Source: Acidimicrobiaceae bacterium | Lineage (GTDB): Bacteria; Actinomycetota; Acidimicrobiia; Acidimicrobiales; MedAcidi-G1 | Reading direction: 5' to 3' | DNA: 64,000 bases | Assembly (NCBI GenBank): GCA_002717365.1 | Contig: PBDJ01000034.1 | Location: 33,990 to 97,989 of the forward strand | Part shown: in pieces, positions 40,092 through 49,232 of the stretch | Layout: each line of letters opens with the position of its first letter | Position numbering within the stretch: the first letter of the stretch is position 1 | Notes under the pieces: generated by a model | Databases searched by the model: none | Told to the model about the DNA's origin: nothing | Seen by the model: only the letters and a program-made list of their open reading frames with translations | Translations under genes and position numbers: made by a program

Positions 40092-40242
40092 ACGGGGAGG
40101 GGTTCGGTGAAACCTGATAGGTCTAGTCGGGATTAGGGTTAAACCTACCGGCGGCAGTTGGCCTATTCAACCAAAATGTGATCGGAATAGTCGGGATTCG
40201 TGGATCCGAGGCCAGTGGTCGACCACGGGTCAGACTTCCCGC

Positions 40243-40506
40243 ATGCGTCGCTCCATCGATGACTATCCCTTCGAGGCCGCCGACTACCCACCGGACTACG
40301 AGGAGGACGAGCTCACGCCCATCTCGTGGGCGGTGGGGATCAGCGACGACTACGCCGACGCCCAGCCTCGAGTTCTGCTGACCGTGGAGGAGGTGGGCCG
40401 GGCAGGACAGGGCCTGGTGGGTCACCTCTCGCCCGGCATTGCCCGGCGGCTCCGGGAGGCGCTGCGCGACGCCTTGGCCGAGATGGGAGAGGACACCGGC
40501 CGCTGA
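40243..40506 (+). CDS. hypothetical small acidic protein
   Basis: 87-aa ORF occupying an otherwise empty interval. No motif recognised. Confidence 0.4.
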   Translation: MRRSIDDYPFEAADYPPDYEEDELTPISWAVGISDDYADAQPRVLLTVEEVGRAGQGLVGHLSPGIARRLREALRDALAEMGEDTGR

Positions 40507-40524
40507 ACGACCGGGGCCGGGGGC

Positions 40525-41040
40525 CTAGTCGGCGGCCGCCCGCCGGATCTTTTCAGCGACGTACTCCACGAAGAACCCCTCATACCGGGCCTGCACTTCA
40601 GGCAGCCTCCAGTCCTCCCCGGTTACTGTTCCTCGGCAAGCCAACGTGCCGCACGCACACTCCAGGCGGTAGTCGTCGGTACGGTCCATGGCATAGTCGT
40701 GACACAGTTCCTCGTCGACCCCGATGTCGCGAATGGCCACGTAGAGGACCTGGCCCCGGAACCCCACGTTGGCGTCACACGAATGGTTGATCCGGATCGA
40801 CGTCTCGTCGACCTCGTCGGCTGTCCGGGGCGAGAGGTACAGGTCGTCGTGAATCTGGAGGCTCTGGTCGCCGATCTCGGCGGTAAGCCGGACCACCTCG
40901 TCGCGGTGGACGATGTGCCCGGCCTTGACAGCCACGATCTCCCCGGCGGCGACGGGCTCGCGGGCAAAGACCCCGAGGCCGGCTACCGAGCCGTCGCGGA
41001 CCTCAACCTTCGGCGACCGCCAACTCCGGATGGTGGGCAC
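40525..41040 (-). CDS. SET-domain protein (putative protein-lysine methyltransferase)
   Basis: GLGVFA, INHSCDANV (NHSCxPN-type) and ELCHDY, followed by a Cys-rich post-SET segment CACGTLACRG. Confidence 0.8.
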   Translation of the reverse strand: MPTIRSWRSPKVEVRDGSVAGLGVFAREPVAAGEIVAVKAGHIVHRDEVVRLTAEIGDQSLQIHDDLYLSPRTADEVDETSIRINHSCDANVGFRGQVLYVAIRDIGVDEELCHDYAMDRTDDYRLECACGTLACRGTVTGEDWRLPEVQARYEGFFVEYVAEKIRRAAAD

Positions 41041-41055
41041 GGGGCCGGGACTGTC

Positions 41056-41862
41056 CTAGTCGCCGGCGAGACCCGGGTCAGCGCTTCCGGCGTCCAGATA
41101 GGCGGGGCCCTCGCCGCCACCGTGGACCTCCACGCTGGTTCCGGTGACCCACCGGGCCAAGGGGGAGGCCAGGACCAGGCACATATCAGCTACGTCCGAC
41201 GGGTTGCCGAGCCGTCTAGCGGCCAGGTTGGCTGCGATGGCGCGGCGGCGCTCCTCGCCGCCGTAGAAGGCTCCCGCCTCTTCGGTCACGATCATCCCCA
41301 CGGTTACCGCTACCACCCGGATGGCCGGGCCCCACTCGTGGGCCAGGGTCCGGGTCATGTTCTCGAGGCCCGCCTTGGCGGCGCCGTAGGCAACACCCAG
41401 AGGGTTAGGCCGACCGCCGCTCACCGAGGAGATATTGAGAATCACCCCGCCCCCATCCTGGGCAGACATCACGGGGTAGACGGCCTGGGAGGCCGTCATC
41501 GGGGCGGTCAGGTTGAGGGCCAGGATCTTCTCATTGAAACGCGGCGACACGGTGGCCGAGGCGGCCGGTGGCGCCCCCCCAGCGTTGTTGACCAGAACGT
41601 CGACCCGCCCGGTCCGGTCCACCGCGGCGGCCACCACACCTGCCACTAGGCCGGGGTCCCGAACATCGGCCTGGACGAAGGCCGCCGTTCGCGACCCATC
41701 GGTCGATTCCATTGGCTCGTCAGGAGTCGAGCGTGCACAGGTGACGACATCGGCCCCGGCGTCCAAGAAGGTCCGGACGATGACCCGACCCAGTCCCCGA
41801 GTTCCCCCAGTCACCACGACCGTCCGGCCCGTGAAGTCCAGCGGATCAGAGGTCTTACTCAT
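41056..41862 (-). CDS. SDR oxidoreductase
   Basis: TVVVTGGTRGLG, NNAG and YGAAKAG. Divergent from the CoA-transferase operon. Confidence 0.85.
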   Translation of the reverse strand: MSKTSDPLDFTGRTVVVTGGTRGLGRVIVRTFLDAGADVVTCARSTPDEPMESTDGSRTAAFVQADVRDPGLVAGVVAAAVDRTGRVDVLVNNAGGAPPAASATVSPRFNEKILALNLTAPMTASQAVYPVMSAQDGGGVILNISSVSGGRPNPLGVAYGAAKAGLENMTRTLAHEWGPAIRVVAVTVGMIVTEEAGAFYGGEERRRAIAANLAARRLGNPSDVADMCLVLASPLARWVTGTSVEVHGGGEGPAYLDAGSADPGLAGD

Positions 41863-41995
41863 GGGCCGCACGCTACCGCCGACGCCGCGCGGGGGTTGTC
41901 GCCGGGTCCCGGGCCATCGGAGCCGTGACCGATGCCTCTTTCTGACACACCGTCAGGACTAGCCGTCCGGCCCGGCCTGACCTACCGTCGGGTCT

Positions 41996-42880
41996 GTGCC
42001 AGACAAGTTGATGACCGAAGACGACGTCGTCGCCGAGTTGGCGAGCGGGATGACCATCGGGATCGGCGGCTGGGGATCCCGTCGGAAGCCCATGTCGCTG
42101 GTCCGGGCCATCGCCCGCTCCAACCTGGAGGACCTGACCATCGTCACCTACGGCGGGCCCGACGTCGGGGTCCTATGCGCACTGGGCAAGGTTCGCCGGG
42201 CCGTCTACGGCTTCGTCTCCCTGGACTCGATCCCCCTCGAACCCCACTTCCGCAACGCCCGCCAGCAGGCGACCATCGAGTTCACCGAACTAGACGAAGG
42301 AGCCTTCTACCTGGGGCTCCTGGCTGCCGCCCACCGCGTGCCCTTCTACCCGACCCGGGCCGGTCTGGGCAGCGACATGCTGACCATGAATCCGGAACTG
42401 CGGACCGTGGCCTCCCCGTACCCGGACGAGGGTGGCGACCACGAGGAACTTGTGGCCATCCCGGCCTTCTGCCTGGATGCCGCCCTAGTGCACATGAACC
42501 GAGCTGACGCCGCCGGAAACGGCCAGTTTCTTGGACCCGACCTTTACTTCGACGACCTGTTCGCCAAGGCGGCCAGCCGGACCTACCTGTCGTGCGAGAA
42601 GGTGGTGCCCACCGAAAACCTGCTCGACGAGGGCACCGTCCACACCCTGAAGATCCCCCGAATCTTCGTGGACGGCGTGGTGGAGGCCCCCCGGGGTGCC
42701 CACTTCACCGAGTGTCCACCCGACTACGGGCGAGACGAGGCCTTCCAGCGGGAGTACGCGGCTACTGCACGCGACCCTGAGGCCTGGGAGGCCTTCCGGG
42801 AGTACTACGTGGAGGCCCCCGGCCACGATGAGTACCTGGCCCGGGTGGACGCCCGATCCGACGAGAAGAGCGAGTCGTGA
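41996..42880 (+). CDS. CoA-transferase family I alpha subunit, IpdA-like
   Basis: SGMTIGIGGWGSRRKP, VTYGGPD, YGFVSLDS and PDYGRDEAFQREY. From memory, and not checked by alignment here, these resemble the mycobacterial IpdA (Rv3551) type. Confidence 0.8.
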   Translation: MPDKLMTEDDVVAELASGMTIGIGGWGSRRKPMSLVRAIARSNLEDLTIVTYGGPDVGVLCALGKVRRAVYGFVSLDSIPLEPHFRNARQQATIEFTELDEGAFYLGLLAAAHRVPFYPTRAGLGSDMLTMNPELRTVASPYPDEGGDHEELVAIPAFCLDAALVHMNRADAAGNGQFLGPDLYFDDLFAKAASRTYLSCEKVVPTENLLDEGTVHTLKIPRIFVDGVVEAPRGAHFTECPPDYGRDEAFQREYAATARDPEAWEAFREYYVEAPGHDEYLARVDARSDEKSES

Positions 42881-43638
42881 TCCCGGTCGCCATCGACGAG
42901 GTTTGCGCGGTGGCTATCGCTGAGGCCTTCCGGGGCGACGGCGAGATTCTCTGCAATCCCATCGGCACCACACCGATCATTGGCGGACGTCTAGCCCGGG
43001 CCACCTTCGAGCCCGACATGGTCATGACCGACACGATCTCCGTGCTGGCCGCCAACACCCTGCCGGTCGGTGACCCTGACGCCGAACGGCTGGTCGAGGC
43101 CTGGATGCCCTACCGAGACATCTTCGACGTGGTGTGGTCGGGCCGTCGCCACATCGTCATGGGGGCCAGCCAGATCGACGCCCGCGGTAACCAGAACTTG
43201 GCTGCAATCGGCGACTGGCAGAAACCCAAGGCCCAGTTGCTGGGTCTGCGCGGTGCCCCCGGCAACCTGGTCAATCACGCGACTACCTACTGGGTGCCCA
43301 ACCACTCCACCCGGACCTTCGTCCCCGAGGTCGACGTGGTGTCCGGGCCGGGTTACGACCGGGTGGCCGGCTTATCGGCCGCCGTGCGGGACAACCACGA
43401 GATCCGGCGGGTGGTCTCCAATCTGGGCGTATTCGACTTCGCCAATGACGAGAAGCGAATGCAACTCGTCTCCGTGCACCCCAACATCACCGTGGACCAG
43501 GTGGTGGAGGCCACCGGATTCGAGTTGGTCGTCGGCGACGAAGTGGTCGAACCCCGCCTGCCCACCGACGAAGAGCTTCACCTCATTCGGGAAGTCATCG
43601 ATCCCCATGGCCTACGCAAGGCCGAGTTCGGTAGCTGA
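42877..43638 (+). CDS. CoA-transferase family I beta subunit, IpdB-like
   Basis: 4-nt overlap with the alpha subunit gene. Size and position match the beta subunit of a two-subunit CoA-transferase. Confidence 0.8.
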   Translation: MIPVAIDEVCAVAIAEAFRGDGEILCNPIGTTPIIGGRLARATFEPDMVMTDTISVLAANTLPVGDPDAERLVEAWMPYRDIFDVVWSGRRHIVMGASQIDARGNQNLAAIGDWQKPKAQLLGLRGAPGNLVNHATTYWVPNHSTRTFVPEVDVVSGPGYDRVAGLSAAVRDNHEIRRVVSNLGVFDFANDEKRMQLVSVHPNITVDQVVEATGFELVVGDEVVEPRLPTDEELHLIREVIDPHGLRKAEFGS

Positions 43639-43645
43639 GGCCCTG

Positions 43646-44740
43646 GTGTCCACCACGTCTTCCGGCACCCCCGACCGGCGCCTCCACACAGCGTTCTGCG
43701 ACCTGGTGGGTGTCAGGTACCCAATAGTCCAGACCGGCATGGGTTGGGTGTCCGGCTCCCGGCTTACCGCGGCTACCGCCCAGGCCGGCGGCCTGGGGAT
43801 CATTGCTGCCGCCCCGATGACCTTCGACCAGATGGTCACCGCCATCGACGAGGTCCGAGAGACCACCGACGCACCGTTCGGTGTCAACCTCCGGACTGAC
43901 GCCGGCGACATCGATCGACGGGTTGAACACCTCATCACCGCTGGGGTACGGGTGGCTTCGTTCGCCCAGGCGCCTGGCCGGGACACCGTGGAGCGTCTGC
44001 GGTCGGCTGGCGTGGTGGTGGTTCCCACCGTCGGCGCCCGCCGCCACGCCGAGAAGGTGGCCGAGTGGGGCGTGGACGCCGTGCTGGTCCAGGGCGCCGA
44101 AGGAGGAGGCCACACCGGCGTGGTGCCTACCGCCGTGCTTGTCCCTCAGGTGTTAGATGCCGTCGACGTTCCGGTCGTCGCCGCCGGTGGCATCACCGAC
44201 GGCCGCGGCCTAGCCGCCGCCTTAGCTTGGGGTGCTTCCGGGGTCGCCATGGGTACCCGCTTCCTGCTGACCAGCGACAGCGACGTCCCTGACGCCGTCA
44301 AAGCCCTCTACCTGGCCACCCCGGTGACTGGCACCGTAGTTACACGGGCCATCGATGGTGCTCCGCAGCGGGTGGTAGCCACCGACATGGTGGCCAGGCT
44401 GGAGCGGGCCCGTCTACTGGCCTTTCCTCGGGCAGCGGCAAACGCCTTGCGCTTCCGCCGGCTGACCGGGACATCCCTCCGGGACCTGCTGGCTGAGGGC
44501 CTACGGATGAAGCGGGGCAGTGACCTGACCTGGAGTCAGGTGGCCATGGCCGCCAACGCCCCGATGCTCACTCGGGCCACCATGGTGGACGGCCACCCCG
44601 AGGTAGGGATCCTGCCCACCGGACAGGGCGTCGGCGCCATTGACGACCTCCCCAGTTGTGCCGAACTGGTCGACCGCATGGTGTCCGGAGCTACCGACGC
44701 TCTCGACCGTCTGTGCGCCTCCGACTCCAACGGCGGCTAG
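43646..44740 (+). CDS. nitronate monooxygenase / FMN enoyl reductase family protein (IpdC-like position)
   Basis: YPIVQTGMGWVSGSRLTAATAQAGGLGIIAA and GAEGGGHTG. The first 190 codons of the 556-aa track ORF are an out-of-frame overlap of the preceding gene. Confidence 0.85.
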   Translation: MSTTSSGTPDRRLHTAFCDLVGVRYPIVQTGMGWVSGSRLTAATAQAGGLGIIAAAPMTFDQMVTAIDEVRETTDAPFGVNLRTDAGDIDRRVEHLITAGVRVASFAQAPGRDTVERLRSAGVVVVPTVGARRHAEKVAEWGVDAVLVQGAEGGGHTGVVPTAVLVPQVLDAVDVPVVAAGGITDGRGLAAALAWGASGVAMGTRFLLTSDSDVPDAVKALYLATPVTGTVVTRAIDGAPQRVVATDMVARLERARLLAFPRAAANALRFRRLTGTSLRDLLAEGLRMKRGSDLTWSQVAMAANAPMLTRATMVDGHPEVGILPTGQGVGAIDDLPSCAELVDRMVSGATDALDRLCASDSNGG

Positions 44741-44743
44741 CCG

Positions 44744-45910
44744 GTGGATCTCCGATTCAGCCCGTCCCAGGAGGCCTTCCGCGACGAGGTTCGCGGATGG
44801 CTGTCCGACAACCTCCCGGCCGAGCCGCTTCCTCCGATGGACACGCCGGAGGGCTTCGAACGGCACCGCCAGTGGGAGCGAGAACTGCACGAGGCCCGGT
44901 GGTCAGTGGTGGCCTGGCCCGAGGTCTACGGCGGCCGTGACGTCGGCCTGGTGGAGTGGCTGATCTTCGAGGAGGAGTACTACCGGTCAGGTGCTCCGGG
45001 CCGGGTCAACAACAACGGCATCTCGCTTCTCGGCCCAACCCTTTTTGCTTTCGGCACCGAGGTTCAGAAGAACCGCTTCTTGCCCCGCATGGCTTCCGGA
45101 GAAGAGATCTGGGCCCAGGGATGGTCAGAGCCCAACGCTGGTAGCGACCTGGCAGCCATCGCCACCAGGGGCGTCCGTGACGGCGAGTGGTTCGTTCTGG
45201 ATGGTCAGAAGACCTGGTGTTCTCGGGGAGCCTGGGCCGACTGGCTGTTCTGCATCGTCCGGACCGACCCGTCGGCCGAGCGCCACCGCGGCCTGTCATA
45301 CCTGCTGGTTCCGGCGGACTCCGAGGGCCTGGATCGTCGCCCGGTGGGTCGGCTCGACGGCGAGCCGGCATTCGCCGAACTGTTCTTCGACGGGTGTCGA
45401 GTTCACGAGTCCAACCTGCTGGGCGACGAGGGCGAGGGTTGGAACGTGGCCATGGCCACCACGTCTAGCGAGCGGGGCCTGAACCTGCGGGCTCCCGGAC
45501 GCTTCCTGGCCGCTGCCGACAATCTGGCCAACCTCTACCGGGAACTGGTAGAGGATGGCTCAACCAACTCCGACCTGGTTGACGAGGTGGTCCGGGCCTG
45601 GGTCGGAGCCCGGGCCTACCGGTGGCACACCTACGCCACGGCTGCTCGGCTGACCACCGGCGGCGACCTGGGATCAGCCTCCTCAATGATGAAGGTGTTC
45701 TGGTCGGAACTGGACGTTGAACTTCACGCCACGGCACTGCGCCTGCTTGGTGACCGGGCCGAACTGGTGGCCGGCGCCCCGGCCGCTGTGGACGGCGGTT
45801 CGTGGATGTCGGGCTACCTGTTCGCCCTGTCCGGTCCGATCTACGCCGGCACCAACGAGATCCAGCGCAACATCATCGCCGAGCGGGTGCTTGGCCTCCC
45901 CCGGAAGTGA
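44744..45910 (+). CDS. acyl-CoA dehydrogenase
   Basis: Full-length ACAD architecture, C-terminal GPIYAGTNEIQRNIIAERVLG. The MCAD-type YEG Glu position reads YAG. Confidence 0.9.
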   Translation: MDLRFSPSQEAFRDEVRGWLSDNLPAEPLPPMDTPEGFERHRQWERELHEARWSVVAWPEVYGGRDVGLVEWLIFEEEYYRSGAPGRVNNNGISLLGPTLFAFGTEVQKNRFLPRMASGEEIWAQGWSEPNAGSDLAAIATRGVRDGEWFVLDGQKTWCSRGAWADWLFCIVRTDPSAERHRGLSYLLVPADSEGLDRRPVGRLDGEPAFAELFFDGCRVHESNLLGDEGEGWNVAMATTSSERGLNLRAPGRFLAAADNLANLYRELVEDGSTNSDLVDEVVRAWVGARAYRWHTYATAARLTTGGDLGSASSMMKVFWSELDVELHATALRLLGDRAELVAGAPAAVDGGSWMSGYLFALSGPIYAGTNEIQRNIIAERVLGLPRK

Positions 45911-45921
45911 CAGGCCGGATC

Positions 45922-46950
45922 ATGGACGCCACCTTCTCCGACGACCAGCGCCTGTTCGCCGAGACCCTCCGCGGCATCTTGGACGGCACCTGCCCGCCAG
46001 AAGCCGTGCGGGCCTCCTGGGACGACCCTGTCGGTTGGGTCGACGGCCTGTGGGACACGTTGGCAGCGACCGGCGTACTGGGCCTCACAGCTCCCGGGTC
46101 GTGCGACGGGCTGGGCATGGATGAGGTCGACCTGGTCCTCCTACTGGAAGAACTGGGCCGTGCCGCCTGTCCAGAGCCGGTGGCCGAGCACGCAGCGGTT
46201 GCCGTTCCCCTCCTACGCGACCACGGTTCAGACAAGCTGGTCGAGGAGTGGCTTGGACGGGCGGCCACCGGCGACGCTGTCCTGACCGTTGCCTCGCCTG
46301 TCGACGAGCTTGTCCCGGCCGCCGCACAGGCCGACCTGATCCTGTTGGCCGCCGATGGTGCACTCCACGCCGTACCTGCCGACCGGCTGGCCTGCGTCGA
46401 ACAGGAGAGCGTGGACCGTTCCCGCCGCCTGGCCAGCGTGGACTGGATGCCGGCACCCGACACGCTGCTGTCCGACGATCCGGCAGTCGTCGACCGTTGC
46501 GTGGACCGCGGCGCCTGGGCGGCCGCCGCCCAGGCTGTCGGCGTGGCCCAGCGGCTCCTAGACCTGACCGTGTCCTACGTGGCTGACCGGGAGCAGTTCG
46601 GCAGGCCAGTAGGGGCCAACCAGGCCGTTAAGCACCACTGCGCCGACGTGGCCATCGCCCTGGAGTTCGCCCGGCCCCTCGTCCACCTGGCCGCCTGGTC
46701 GCTGGCCGCCGGGGAGAGCCCGGAGGAGGGCGGGTCGGTGGCCGTCGACGCGTCGATGGCCAAGGCCGCCGCCTCCGACGCCGTAGACCGGGCTTGTCGG
46801 TCAGCCCTCCAGTGCCACGGCGCCATCGGCTACACCATCGAGTACGACCTCCAACTGTGGCTGAAGCGGGGCTGGGTGCTGGCCGCCTCGTGGGGCGACG
46901 CCCGCTGGCACCGTCGTCGGATTGCCACCCGACTGGGCCTTTCCGCCTGA
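45922..46950 (+). CDS. acyl-CoA dehydrogenase family protein, short form (possible non-catalytic partner subunit)
   Basis: QCHGAIGYTIEYDLQLWLKR motif, but the protein ends about 25 aa later and lacks the terminal helix. ATG 45922 lies 12 nt after the preceding ACAD stop. Confidence 0.8.
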   Translation: MDATFSDDQRLFAETLRGILDGTCPPEAVRASWDDPVGWVDGLWDTLAATGVLGLTAPGSCDGLGMDEVDLVLLLEELGRAACPEPVAEHAAVAVPLLRDHGSDKLVEEWLGRAATGDAVLTVASPVDELVPAAAQADLILLAADGALHAVPADRLACVEQESVDRSRRLASVDWMPAPDTLLSDDPAVVDRCVDRGAWAAAAQAVGVAQRLLDLTVSYVADREQFGRPVGANQAVKHHCADVAIALEFARPLVHLAAWSLAAGESPEEGGSVAVDASMAKAAASDAVDRACRSALQCHGAIGYTIEYDLQLWLKRGWVLAASWGDARWHRRRIATRLGLSA

Positions 46951-47002
46951 CCTGGTCATCCGGCTGCGCCGTACGTTCCCCTAGGCGCCAGACTGCAGCC
47001 CC

Positions 47003-47698
47003 ATGGATGACCTCCCCGCCGACGGCGCGACGTCTCGCCGTGCCGGGTGGGACCTGGCCGACGAGATCCGGTCCCTGATCGCCGCCGTGAACCGGTCGGC
47101 AGCAGGCCCCGAGGCGCTGGAGGCGGCCCGCGAATACATCGCGGCGGCCCGTCGGGCCTTGGAGGCCCCCGACCGTCGCCGGTGGTACGAGGTCCCCGTC
47201 GACGAGATCGACGACGACCTAGCGGTCCGCCTGCGGGAGGAAGCCGGCGACCACAGCCTCTTCCGGGGGGACCGGAACCCACTGGCCCCGCCGCTGCGGG
47301 TGACCACCGGTACCGACGACGACGGCCAGCCGGTGATCGTGGGCGAGGTCCTCCTAGATCGCTCCCGAGAGGGTCCCCCAGCCCGGGTCCACGGCGGCTA
47401 CGTGGCCGGACTGTTCGACGACGTCCTGAGCGGGGTTCCCAGCCTGGTTGACGCCGGACCGGTGGTCACTGGACGCCTGTCCATCCGATACCGGCATCCC
47501 ACCCCGTTGGACGTCGACCTGCGGTTCGAGGCCCGGGTAGTCCGTCACTCCGGTCGCCGCTTAGTGGCTCGGGCCCGCTGCCTGGCCCCTAGGGTCGACG
47601 GAGGCCAGGAGGTCACAGCCGAGGCCGAAGCACTCTTCGTGTCCATCCCCCGGCGTTCCCAGGAGGTCGCCGGTGGGACCACGGAGGACGACGGGTGA
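47003..47698 (+). CDS. PaaI-family (hot-dog) thioesterase with N-terminal extension
   Basis: VHGGYVAGLFDDVL....TGRLSIRYRHPTP is a hot-dog thioesterase core. Confidence 0.7.
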   Translation: MDDLPADGATSRRAGWDLADEIRSLIAAVNRSAAGPEALEAAREYIAAARRALEAPDRRRWYEVPVDEIDDDLAVRLREEAGDHSLFRGDRNPLAPPLRVTTGTDDDGQPVIVGEVLLDRSREGPPARVHGGYVAGLFDDVLSGVPSLVDAGPVVTGRLSIRYRHPTPLDVDLRFEARVVRHSGRRLVARARCLAPRVDGGQEVTAEAEALFVSIPRRSQEVAGGTTEDDG

Positions 47699-48213
47699 CC
47701 GCCGACCGGCCCACCATCTGCTTCCTGTGCACCGGCAACGCTGCCCGCTCGGTGATGGCTCGGGCCATGTTCGCTGCCCGTGCACCTGGCTACCGGGCGG
47801 TGGGCGCCGGCACGCTGGTCCTGGAGGGCCTGCCCATGAGTCAGCGGACCCGCCAAGCACTGGCCGACCACGGGCTGTCCGACCCCGACCACCGGAGCCG
47901 CCAGTTCGGACCGGACGACGCCTCGGCCACCCTCGTAGTGGCCATGGAACCCAGCCAGGTGGCGTGGGTCCGACGGCACTTCCCGGAAGTAGCCGGCCGC
48001 ACGGCCACCCTGCCCCGCCTGGCCCGCCACCTCCCGACTGACGGCCCGTTGTCCGAACGGCTGGCGTCGATGGCCCTGGCCACCGTCGAGGTCGAAGAGT
48101 GGGAGGAGGTCGTGGACCCGGCATCCGGCGATCAGGGAGAGTTCGACGCCTGCGCGGCTGCTCTGACCACTCTGGTTGACCGGCTGGTCGATCGCCTGGG
48201 ACCGCCGTGCTGA
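47695..48213 (+). CDS. low-molecular-weight phosphotyrosine phosphatase / ArsC-type family protein
   Basis: P-loop ICFLCTGNAARS (CX5R-S). GTGA overlap with the preceding gene. Confidence 0.8.
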   Translation: MTADRPTICFLCTGNAARSVMARAMFAARAPGYRAVGAGTLVLEGLPMSQRTRQALADHGLSDPDHRSRQFGPDDASATLVVAMEPSQVAWVRRHFPEVAGRTATLPRLARHLPTDGPLSERLASMALATVEVEEWEEVVDPASGDQGEFDACAAALTTLVDRLVDRLGPPC

Positions 48214-48908
48214 ACCCCCGGCAGATGCCGCCGCACCGACGCGACGGCTTCCTGCTGGCTGCGGCCTGCTTCCTGATCGGCGTCACCTTCGGGGTGTTCG
48301 CTGACAGCACCGGCCTGGGACTAGCAAAGGCCGCAGCGCTCTCGGTACTGACCTTCACCGGGGCCTCCCAGTTCGCCGCCGTATCGGTAGTGGCCGGCGG
48401 CGGGACGACGGTGGCCGCCGTAGGCAGTGCCCTGCTGGTCGGGGCCCGCAATGCCCTCTACGGACCGGTGCTCTCCCCGTCACTGCGCGGCGGGCCACTA
48501 CGGCGGGCCCTAGCCGCCCACTTCGTGATTGACGAGACGACGGCGGTGGCCAGCATCCAACCGGACGCCAAACGGTCCCGGGACGCCTTCTGGTTCACTG
48601 GCCTATGGCTGTTCGCCTTCTGGAACGTCGGCACGCTCCTCGGAGTAGCTCTCGGTGGAACGTTCGACGACCCGGGTGTCTTGGGGCTGGACGCTGCCTT
48701 CCCGGCCGCCTTCGTGGCCCTCCTGGTGCCCCACGTTCGGACCCGGCCCGGGCGGACCGCTGCCCTGGGGGGAGGGGCCATCGCGGTGGTGGCCGTACCA
48801 ACCACGGCAGCTGGAGTACCCATGCTGCTGGCCGCCCTGGCCGTGTTGCCTGGGCTATGGATCCGACGGAGCCGGCCAGTGGGACCGGGCGGGGAAGACG
48901 AGACATGA
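48207..48908 (+). CDS. azlC: AzlC-family branched-chain amino acid exporter component
   Basis: Polytopic membrane protein with SVLTFTGASQFAAV. Followed by an overlapping small azlD-like gene. The start could instead be ATG 48225. Confidence 0.8.
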   Translation: MLNPRQMPPHRRDGFLLAAACFLIGVTFGVFADSTGLGLAKAAALSVLTFTGASQFAAVSVVAGGGTTVAAVGSALLVGARNALYGPVLSPSLRGGPLRRALAAHFVIDETTAVASIQPDAKRSRDAFWFTGLWLFAFWNVGTLLGVALGGTFDDPGVLGLDAAFPAAFVALLVPHVRTRPGRTAALGGGAIAVVAVPTTAAGVPMLLAALAVLPGLWIRRSRPVGPGGEDET

Positions 48909-49201
48909 GCTGGACGGCTGTACTGGTCATCTCCGGGGGCGCCTACGCGTTCAAACTGCTCGGCTTGGTGGCCGGCACCCGCTTTGCGGCGGCCCTCGAA
49001 CCGGCGACTGTGCTTCTGCCCCCCGCCCTCTTCTCGGCCATCATCGTGCTGATGACTGTGGCTGATGGGCCAGCCCTGGTGATCGACGCCCGTGTGGCCG
49101 GGGTAGGCCTGGCCACCGTCGCCGTGTGGAGGCGGGCCCCCTTCGTGGTGGTGGTGCTGGTGGCCATGGCGGCCACCGCTGTCGTCCGACTGGTCACCTG
49201 A
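48905..49201 (+). CDS. azlD: AzlD-family small membrane protein
   Basis: 98-aa hydrophobic protein. ATGA overlap with azlC. Embedded in a longer spurious track ORF (48605-49201). Confidence 0.7.
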   Translation: MSWTAVLVISGGAYAFKLLGLVAGTRFAAALEPATVLLPPALFSAIIVLMTVADGPALVIDARVAGVGLATVAVWRRAPFVVVVLVAMAATAVVRLVT

Positions 49202-49232
49202 GCCCCGGGAGTCGCCGTCTAAGTTCGACGGG

